64,000 nt of DNA from Candidatus Krumholzibacteriota bacterium. GTDB lineage: Bacteria; Krumholzibacteriota; Krumholzibacteriia; JAJRXK01. Below are positions 56,648-64,000 of this stretch, one piece after another (the stretch's first letter is position 1; each line of letters opens with the position of its first letter). The stretch is taken from positions 384,001 through 448,000 of the forward strand of contig CAVXTH010000005.1 in the NCBI GenBank assembly GCA_963764625.1. The letters run 5' to 3'. The translations under genes and the position numbers were made by a program. The notes beneath the pieces are model-generated. The model searched no databases, had not been told where the DNA came from, and saw nothing but the letters and a program-made list of their open reading frames with translations.

Positions 56648-58453
56648 GTGGCCACCAAGCGCTCCGAGGAGAATTCGGGCGCGGTCCTGCCCGCGCCGGA
56701 CATTTTTTGTAAGACTCTCTTGGAGCTCGGAGTGCAGGTCGTTTTCGGACTCCCCGGGACGCAGAACGAGAAGCTCTTCGAGGCCCTGGGGCGCTTGGGA
56801 CCCGAGGTGGTCGTACCGACGCACGAGCTCGCCGCTTCGTTCATGGCCAACGGGTACGCGCGCGCCAGTGGCCGGCCGGGGGTGTTGCTCACGATCTCCG
56901 GACCCGGATTTACCTACGCGCTCAGCGGCATCGCGGAGGCCGCTCTCGACTCGGTGGCGTTGCTGCACATCGCGGTTTCTCTGAGCAGGATGCCCGGCCG
57001 GAAGTTCCAACTTCAGGCGCTCGAGCAGGAGTCGATCGCGGCCCCGCTGGTCAAGCGTGTCTTTCGCGTGAGCGAGGCCGAGGATCTCCGTGCCACCCTC
57101 ACGGAGGCCTACTCGTACGCGCGCGAGGGAGAGCCGGGGCCGGTGCTCGTGGAGATCGAAACGAAGTTGCTCGCAGACGAGCTCCCCTGGGCCGACACCT
57201 CGGAGGCGGCGGAGATATCGCCCTCGCACGACCGCTCGTCGCCCACCGGGTCCACCGGCGGCGCGCCCGCCCCGGAAGCGGCGAGAGAAGACGGGTTCGC
57301 GGCCGCGGTGCGTGAGACCGCAGCGCGTCTACGCTCGAGCAAGAAAGTACTCCTGCTGCTGGGCCAGGGAGCCGCCGGGGCAACCGAGGAAGTCCGAGTC
57401 CTGGCTGAAACCCAGCGCGCGGTGGTCCTCACCACCACTTCCGGCCGCGGCGTTCTTCCCGAGGACCACCCTCTCTCCTTGGGCTTCGAGTATTCCGGCA
57501 CCAGAGCGCAGGCGCGGAACGCGGTCCTTGCTCAGGCCGATCTGGTACTGGCCGTGGGTTGCAAGTTCTCCCACAACTCCAGCCACGGTTTCCGCCTGGA
57601 GATTCCCGCCGAGAAATTGATCCAGGTCGATACCGGGCTGGAAGTCCTCGGCGCCAATTACCCGGCGAGTCTCACTCTTCAGGCGGACGCACGGGCCTTT
57701 CTGGGCGCGCTGCTCGAAGAGCATGACGGCGACGCGCCGTCGGGCCGTGGGTGGTCGACGGAAGAAGTCGACAAGTGGCGCAAGCGCGGCCTGGAGTCCT
57801 CCTGGCTCGATCTTCCCGAGCCTTCCATCCTGGGACACCGGCCACAGCGGTTCTTCACCGCGCTTCGCAACGTCATGCCGCGCGATGGTCTCCTGGTCGC
57901 CGACTCCGGACTCCACCAGCTTCTGGCGCGCCGTTACTACCAGGTATTCTGCCCGCACGGTCTCTTGATCCCCACCGATTTTCAATCGATGGGCTACGCG
58001 CTCCCGGCGGCTCTGGGCGCCAAAGCGGCCAGACCCGACCAGACCGTGGGGGTCCTGGTGGGAGACGGGGGCATGTCGATGTCGGGGCTCGAGCTTCTCA
58101 CCGCGGGAAAGACCAAACGGCAACTCTGCGTCATGGTGATCAACGACGGCTCCTACGGTCTCATCCGCCGCAGCCTGGAATCTGCCCACGGGAATGCCTA
58201 TGGCACGCAGCTTCTGAACCCAGATTTCGAGGACCTGGCCAAAGCGACCCACGCCAATTATCTGCGTTTGAACCGCAACGTGCAGGCGAGCCTTCGCCGG
58301 GCCTTCCAGCTTCCGGGCGTCACTCTGGTGGAGGTTCCCACCACGGATTCCACCGAGATGATTCTGGCGAAGGCCAAGGGAATGGTCAAACGGGCCGCGG
58401 GTAGGCGCGTGATGCAAAGACTCAAGGAGCTGCTCGGCCGCGACGAGTCCTAG
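56648..58453 (+). CDS. Thiamine diphosphate-dependent enzyme (acetolactate synthase large subunit-like)
   Basis: VFGLPG, HE..A.FMA.GYAR.SG, GPG, PGPV, SMGYALP, GDGG...NDG TPP motif. Confidence 0.85.
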   Translation: MATKRSEENSGAVLPAPDIFCKTLLELGVQVVFGLPGTQNEKLFEALGRLGPEVVVPTHELAASFMANGYARASGRPGVLLTISGPGFTYALSGIAEAALDSVALLHIAVSLSRMPGRKFQLQALEQESIAAPLVKRVFRVSEAEDLRATLTEAYSYAREGEPGPVLVEIETKLLADELPWADTSEAAEISPSHDRSSPTGSTGGAPAPEAAREDGFAAAVRETAARLRSSKKVLLLLGQGAAGATEEVRVLAETQRAVVLTTTSGRGVLPEDHPLSLGFEYSGTRAQARNAVLAQADLVLAVGCKFSHNSSHGFRLEIPAEKLIQVDTGLEVLGANYPASLTLQADARAFLGALLEEHDGDAPSGRGWSTEEVDKWRKRGLESSWLDLPEPSILGHRPQRFFTALRNVMPRDGLLVADSGLHQLLARRYYQVFCPHGLLIPTDFQSMGYALPAALGAKAARPDQTVGVLVGDGGMSMSGLELLTAGKTKRQLCVMVINDGSYGLIRRSLESAHGNAYGTQLLNPDFEDLAKATHANYLRLNRNVQASLRRAFQLPGVTLVEVPTTDSTEMILAKAKGMVKRAAGRRVMQRLKELLGRDES

Positions 58454-60054
58454 CTCTTCTTCTGACGCCGCTCGATCTGCCGGATCTTCAAGTACAGCAT
58501 CAGCGCCAGAAAGATCATCACCGCGATCGAGAAAAGAAGTCCCCGGCGTCGGAACCGGAACTCCGCCTGCGACCCGGCGATGCTCACATCCCCGGTCTCG
58601 ATCGCCTTCATTCCCACCTTGGCCACCTCGTCGAAATCGCTGCGGTCGAAGGCGTGAATCGCCGAACGCGACTGGCGGAGGGCGTCGTTCAACTCAGACA
58701 GGGACGCGGAGAGAGCATCGACGTCCAGCCCCTTCGCCGCGAGACTGTGTGTCTTCTCGTCGAAGAGAGTCTGGGCCGTCTCCATCTTCGTGATGCTCTC
58801 GCGGAAATGATCCGCGGTGGCGTTGCACTTGGGATTGTTCGGAGCGTACTGCACGTGGCAATCGAAGCACAGGTGTCCGGCCTTGGTGACGAGCATGTCG
58901 TCATTCGGTTTGCTAATGTCGTGGGTACCGTGGCACTTGGCGCACTCGGGCCAGCCATGCGCGCTAAACACCTGCTTGTGTCTGCTTCCATCAAACAACT
59001 TGCCGTTGCCGCTGTGGCAGGTGCGGCACACCTCGCTCACCGAGGACAACTTCGGGGGCATCGCGGCGTGATTCCCGTGACAGTCGTTGCAGGCCGGAGC
59101 TCCTTGATCCCCGTTCACGAGCAGCGCGCGGCCATGGACGCTCTCACGATACTTCTCGAGCTGATCGGTAGGCAGGGGACCTCCATCTTCAGTCTTGTAG
59201 CCGGCCATGTACTTCGAGTCGGCATGGCATTTCCCGCACGTGGTCGGGATGTTCGTCTTGTGAGTGGGCGAGCGGCGGCTGTCTGAGCTCTGAATGCCGT
59301 GTACTCCATGACAGCTCACGCACTGTGCCGCTTTGGAGTCTCCCTTGCCCAACAGGAGCTGGCCGTGCTTGCTCTCGCGGTACTTGGCCAGCTGGTCCGT
59401 GGGCAACGAGGGATTGAAACCCCGCATGAACCCGGGATCCGAATGACACCGGCCACAAAACTGGGGAATCCAGGTGCGATCGACGTGGCGCCGCGAGCTG
59501 TCCGGCCAACGCTCGTAGATCTCGTCGGACATTTCCGTCTCGTCAGGGTGTCCACCGTGGCAACCCGAGCACGAGAGTCCCTGGCGAAAATGGACGTCCA
59601 CCAGGAAGTTCTGCAGCACGAGAGTCGATTTGCCGCTGCCATCGTCCCGAATGTGCCACAGTGTCTCATCGCCCTGCATGTCTTTGTCGGTGTGGCAGAG
59701 AATGCAGTTGTCCCGTAACACCAACTCCATCTGATCGGGCGCGAGTTTCAAGGAGAGAAGATCCGAGGCATGATGGGCGGAGGAGATGAGACCAGCGTCC
59801 ACCGCGTCGGAAAAGAGCTCGTGCGCGTGTCCCGGCAACTGCGCGTAATACTCTTGCAGATCACTCGACACCACGGGCTGGCCGTTTTCGCTTTCGTCGA
59901 AGAGTGCTTTGACGCTCTTAGAGAGGGCCGGCGGCTGCGAAGTCCCCTGCTTCTGGGCCGGAGTTTCCTGGCCCAGTGCCCGCGCGGGCCCCAGCGCCGC
60001 TGCCAGTAACCAGAGCATCAAGAGCCCGATCGAGATTGACATTCGCTGCTTCAT
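58450..60054 (-). CDS. Membrane-anchored nonaheme cytochrome c
   Basis: Signal peptide; nine CxxCH motifs (CILCH, CSGCH, CGRCH, CVSCH, CGKCH, CNDCH, CRTCH, CAKCH, CFDCH); helical stalk and C-terminal TM. Confidence 0.92.
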   Translation of the reverse strand: MKQRMSISIGLLMLWLLAAALGPARALGQETPAQKQGTSQPPALSKSVKALFDESENGQPVVSSDLQEYYAQLPGHAHELFSDAVDAGLISSAHHASDLLSLKLAPDQMELVLRDNCILCHTDKDMQGDETLWHIRDDGSGKSTLVLQNFLVDVHFRQGLSCSGCHGGHPDETEMSDEIYERWPDSSRRHVDRTWIPQFCGRCHSDPGFMRGFNPSLPTDQLAKYRESKHGQLLLGKGDSKAAQCVSCHGVHGIQSSDSRRSPTHKTNIPTTCGKCHADSKYMAGYKTEDGGPLPTDQLEKYRESVHGRALLVNGDQGAPACNDCHGNHAAMPPKLSSVSEVCRTCHSGNGKLFDGSRHKQVFSAHGWPECAKCHGTHDISKPNDDMLVTKAGHLCFDCHVQYAPNNPKCNATADHFRESITKMETAQTLFDEKTHSLAAKGLDVDALSASLSELNDALRQSRSAIHAFDRSDFDEVAKVGMKAIETGDVSIAGSQAEFRFRRRGLLFSIAVMIFLALMLYLKIRQIERRQKKS

Positions 60055-61442
60055 CGGCCCACCTCCCCCGCTTGCTTTTCACGCGAACCCGTGACGAGAG
60101 TGAGTGCCCATGCGATGGCGACCACCACCGCGGCGGTGACCAGAGCTCGCAAGTAGCTCATGCCCACCAGACCGTGCAGTGCGATTTGAAGGGCGATGCC
60201 GCCGCTAAACAAAAACCATCGGTGCCGATAGACGAGAACCCTGAAAGCGGTGATGAGCGCGGTGAGGCCCAGGGCCCACCAAGCGCAGACGCGCGCGACC
60301 GCCTTGACGTCGACTTCGGCTCCATGCCCCGCTCCGCCACCAATGTCCCACGCCATTAGGGTCAAGAACACCACGAACAAGATGGCGCCCACGCCGTAGT
60401 CGCTGAAACCCGGCGAAGCTTCGCCCTTTCTCGCCTTGCGGTCCAACCAGGGGACGAGTGCCCAACTACCCATGAGAACCGAGACCATGAGGAGCGCGGC
60501 TTGCGGTCCTTCCATTCCCAATAGATGCGGCGGGAACTCCTTGAGCAACTGGTAGATCCAGAGGAAGTACCACTCGGGTTTGATGCCTGGGTAGGCTGGC
60601 GCGAGCGGGTTGGCTTTCAAACCCAGTTCCCACTCGACTCCGGGAACCCCCGGTCCATAGGGGAGCATCACCGCCAGAGTCATCAGACCGATCAGGCAGA
60701 GCAACCACAGGAGCAAATCGCGGAGCAAGAAGTTGGGGAAGAACTTCATGCCCGGCCCTTGAGGCTCATGACCCACCGGGTGAGCCATGCCCTGTCGTTG
60801 GATGAGCAGGAGATGTATGCCGATCAAAGAGAAAATGAGCAGGGGAAGAGCGACGACGTGAAGTGCGAAGAAGCGATAGAGGGTGTTGATGGAGACGTCG
60901 TGTCCCCCTCGCATCACTTGCAAGAGCCAGTCTCCGATTCCCGGCACTGCCTTTACCGAATCGGTACCGACCGAGGTCGCGAAATAGGCCAGTTCGTTCC
61001 ACGGCAAGAGATACCCGGAGAATCCAAAACCCAAGCCGATGGCGAACAGAAGGAAGCCGGTGACCCAGGTGATCTCGCGAGGAGGTCGATAGGCCTTGAG
61101 CATCATGGTGCTGAACATGTGTACCGTCAGCGAGATGATCATCAGGTGCGCGCTCCAACAATGCACCGAACGGATGAGCCAGCCGAAGGGCACTTTGGTG
61201 GTGATGAAGCGAATGCTCTCGTACGAGCTGGCCTGGCCCGGCTGGTAGTAGAGCAAGAGGAGTAGGCCGGTCGCGATCTGCACCAGGAAGAAGAAGAGGG
61301 TGGTGCCACCGAGGTAGTACCAGACCATCGGGTGGTCGCCCAGGGGTACCTCTTTGTGCTTCAGAAACTCCACCAGGTTGCCGAGCTTGTAGCGGCGATC
61401 GAGCCAACGAAACGCGGGGTTGGAGATGCTCGTTCCGTTCAT
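60051..61442 (-). CDS. Cytochrome b of a Rieske/cyt b complex (fused b6 + subunit IV type)
   Basis: YYLGG, RSVH.WSA.....VH, GYLLPW, RFFALH...IH, KPEWYF; extra C-terminal TM helices. Confidence 0.93.
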   Translation of the reverse strand: MNGTSISNPAFRWLDRRYKLGNLVEFLKHKEVPLGDHPMVWYYLGGTTLFFFLVQIATGLLLLLYYQPGQASSYESIRFITTKVPFGWLIRSVHCWSAHLMIISLTVHMFSTMMLKAYRPPREITWVTGFLLFAIGLGFGFSGYLLPWNELAYFATSVGTDSVKAVPGIGDWLLQVMRGGHDVSINTLYRFFALHVVALPLLIFSLIGIHLLLIQRQGMAHPVGHEPQGPGMKFFPNFLLRDLLLWLLCLIGLMTLAVMLPYGPGVPGVEWELGLKANPLAPAYPGIKPEWYFLWIYQLLKEFPPHLLGMEGPQAALLMVSVLMGSWALVPWLDRKARKGEASPGFSDYGVGAILFVVFLTLMAWDIGGGAGHGAEVDVKAVARVCAWWALGLTALITAFRVLVYRHRWFLFSGGIALQIALHGLVGMSYLRALVTAAVVVAIAWALTLVTGSREKQAGEVGR

Positions 61443-61897
61443 GCCAGTTTCCCGTCCACGATGATCTCCTTGCCTTCACGCACTACTTTGTAGCCCGCCA
61501 GCGGACGGGGCGGTGGTCCGGAGATCACCCGCCCGTCGAGATCGAAGCGTCCATTGTGACATGCGCACCAGATGACCCCGTCACCTGGGACGTACTGCAC
61601 CGTGCATCCCTCGTGGGTGCACTTCGCGCTCAGGCAGTGCAGCTTCTGCGAGTGGTCTTCGAAGACGAGCAATCGGGTAGCCCCCGAGCGCACGATGACG
61701 AACTCCTTGTGCTCGAGCGTCGCAGTGTCTTGGGGGCTCAGGTGGACCGGCCCACTCGCCCCTTGCTGGGGCAAGGGTTTGAGGTAGCGAAAGATGGGGA
61801 TGATGGCGGCCGCGAGCGTACCGACCACGCCCAGGCTCAGAAGCCAGTCCAAGAAACTGCGGCGAGAGATGGGAGTCTCGCTGGTTCGCTGCGACAT
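61439..61897 (-). CDS. Rieske [2Fe-2S] subunit
   Basis: Tat motif SRRSFL plus TM; CTHEGC and CACHNGRF; GPPPRPL. Confidence 0.93.
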   Translation of the reverse strand: MSQRTSETPISRRSFLDWLLSLGVVGTLAAAIIPIFRYLKPLPQQGASGPVHLSPQDTATLEHKEFVIVRSGATRLLVFEDHSQKLHCLSAKCTHEGCTVQYVPGDGVIWCACHNGRFDLDGRVISGPPPRPLAGYKVVREGKEIIVDGKLA

Positions 61898-62123
61898 GGA
61901 GCCCTTTCTGCCGACTCGGGCACTTGCGGCACTTTTACCCCTCTTGCCCCGGTGCGTCCAGTTTCGCTTGGCAAGAGAAGAGTACGGACGTACGCTCGGC
62001 AACCATGAGATATTGGGGTCTGGTGGACTCCTACTCAAGGTTTGATTCTGGAATTTTTCGCGGTCGTCCCAAGGACGTCCGTTCCCGGCGGTTCCCCCGC
62101 CCCCCGCGACGAAAGGCGAGGCG

Positions 62124-63876
62124 GTGACGGACGAGAGAATCCAGCGACTGGAAGCCGCCTTGGCTGGCTTGCGTCAGCGCGTCGAGTTCCTGGAGCAGCG
62201 TCTGGAGCAGCAGGAGGAGAACGCGGTAGCGGTCTCCCCCGGCGCTACGCGCCCGGCATCAGGTGTCGCGTCCTCGCAAGGAAGCGAGGCGCTCCCTCCG
62301 AAACGAAGTCTCCTGCCTCTCTTGGGCCGGACCCTGCTGGTGCTGGGGGGCGCATTCTTCTTGCGAGCCGCGACCGACGCGGGGACCCTTCCCCGCACCA
62401 CCGGTGCCGCCCTGGGCCTTCTGTACGGGCTGAGTTTCTTGCTGCTCTGTTACCGCGCGGCCGATCGCGAGGGGTTCGTCCGCAGCGCTCTCTTCCACGC
62501 ACTGTCCGCGGCCCTGGTCGTCTTTCCCCTGCTCTTCGAGGCGACGGTCCAGCTGAAATATCTCCCCGCCCCCCTCAGCGCCTTCGCTCTCGCGGTGGCG
62601 GTCGGTGGCGCCCTCTTCGTGGCCTGGCGGCGCAGCCTTCACGGAGTGGCCTGGCTGTTTGCCGGCGTGGGGGCTCCCCTGGCCCTGGCTCTGGCCATGC
62701 TGACCAAACTCTGGCTGCCCTTCTTCGCCATCGCCCTCTTGGTCTACGGCTGCACGCTGCTCTTGGCCTACGATCGGCGCTGGATCTTTTTGGGGATGTC
62801 CGGCGCGGTTCTGGCGGACATGATGATCCTCCTGATCACCTCGCTGTACTTGCTCTCGAACGAGGGCACCCCTCTGCGCGGCATGGACATGAGGATTCTG
62901 GTGCTTCTGCAGTTCGGCCTGGTTGCAATTTATCTGGGGACCTTCACTGAGCGCACTCTGGTGGGCGGCCGGGAGATCCGGCCCCTGGAAATCGTCCAGA
63001 CCGCCTTCGTCCTGATCGTCGGGATGGGCGGAGCGCTCGTCTTGGCCGGACAGCACCAGCTTTTACGACTGGGTCTGGGAAGCCTGGCACTCTTGAGTGC
63101 CGCGCTGAGCTACGGAGTTTCCTTCGCCTTCATCGATCGCCGGCTCGCGCGGCGCAACAACTTCATCTTCTACACCAGCATCGCGCTGGTGTTCATGCTG
63201 GTCGCGTCGCTCACGCTTCTCCGGGGAGAGCTTCGAACCTGGATTCTCCTCGCCGACGCCCTTCTCGCCGCCGGGCTGGCTGTGCGCAAGCAACGCGCCA
63301 CCCTCTTGCTGCACGCCACCGTCTTCACCACGGCGGCGGCCCTGAGTTCCGGTCTGGTCAGAATCTCCGCCGGCGGCTTGTTGGGGCAGGAGCTGAGTAT
63401 AAATAGCGGGCAGGTGCTGCCGCTGGTAGCGGTGATGTTGGCCGCGGCCGGCTGTGCAGTGCTGCGCATCGCCGCGCACCACGGTACCTGGGGTCCCCTG
63501 GTACGAGCCCCACGCGTCCTCTGTCTTTCGCTTCTGGTGCTCGGGTTCTGCGGCCTCGGAACCCTGGTGGGAGGCATGCTGATGTCCGGCCACAGAGCTC
63601 AGGCGCAGGACGCAGCGATCCTCGCTTCGGTACGCACCGGACTCCTCGCAATCTTTGCGGTGCTCTTGGCCTGGCTTTCAGGGAAGTCGCGCTTCGCGGA
63701 AGCGCGCTGGCTGGTTTACCCCACTCTGGTTGCTCGGCGGTCTGGAACTCATCCTCGGCGATTTCCGCAGCGGGCGCTCCGCCACCATGTTCATCTCACT
63801 GGTGGTCTACGGCAGCGCTCTGATTCTCGCGCCCCGCCTCATGCGGCTGGGGCGTAAGAATTCCTCGCGAATCTGA
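62124..63876 (+). CDS. Large multi-pass membrane protein (DUF2339-like) with N-terminal coiled coil (one +1 frameshift at ~63731)
   Basis: RIQRLE..L..LRQRV.FLE coil; LLGRTLLVLGGAFFLRA; many TMs. WLVYPTLV continues in the +1 frame as LGGLELILGDF to the stop at 63876. Confidence 0.7.
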
Positions 63877-63897
63877 AGCCCAGCTGGGCGCGAGCTC

Positions 63898-64000
63898 TCA
63901 CTCGAAAATGTGGAGAATCGCGTCCGAGCTCAGGGGCGAATTCAAGTGCACGCTATGGCCACCGGTAACCGGCGATCCGGCCGCGGTAACTCCATTGATC
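63898..64000 (-). CDS. Possible 3' end of a gene entering from beyond the window
   Basis: Open minus-strand frame INGVTAAGSPVTGGHSVHLNSPLSSDAILHIFE ending in a stop. Too short to identify. Confidence 0.3.
   Translation of the reverse strand, partial: INGVTAAGSPVTGGHSVHLNSPLSSDAILHIFE

Noticed and set aside
1-64000. CRISPR arrays, tRNA/rRNA genes, DGR or retron elements
   Set aside because: No regularly spaced repeats, cloverleaf or rRNA-like tracts, or reverse transcriptase motifs were seen by eye. Intergenic gaps are short.

Overview
GC-rich bacterial chromosome segment with no rRNA, tRNA, CRISPR array, transposase or integrase that I can see. Three secreted enzymes carry a PNPFNP/FlgD-Ig C-terminal domain, one protein has an SFGQLK-type tail, and the sigma70 lacks region 1.1. 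Together these suggest an FCB-group candidate phylum such as Krumholzibacteriota, Latescibacterota or Eisenbacteria (inference). Contents, in order: (1) CBS protein and a secreted M1 aminopeptidase. (2) A ~17 kb purine/urate catabolic cluster: two molybdenum hydroxylases, an SsnA-like amidohydrolase, two fold-type-II PLP enzymes, YgeY-like, YgeW-like and a shortened YgfK-like protein. A beta-helix gene and a lipoprotein gene interrupt it, and lutABC is divergent from it. (3) Futalosine/menaquinone genes (mqnA, an MqnE-like protein lacking CxxxCxxC, mqnP, ubiX, ubiE/menG) and hemE-hemY-hemC-hemB-hemL. (4) Secreted S8 peptidase and EEP-fold phosphoesterase. (5) An uncharacterised surface operon (three beta-barrels plus two paralogous low-GC lipoproteins) next to a Cys-repeat secreted protein. 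(6) Methyltransferase, two GT-C-type membrane proteins, M16 peptidase, sigma70, CoA-transferase-GNAT fusion, GNAT and a TPP enzyme. (7) A Rieske/cytochrome b/nonaheme cytochrome c complex and a membrane protein. Six single-base +1 frameshifts break five otherwise intact genes and are most likely sequencing errors. All family calls come from motif recognition by eye; no database search was run.
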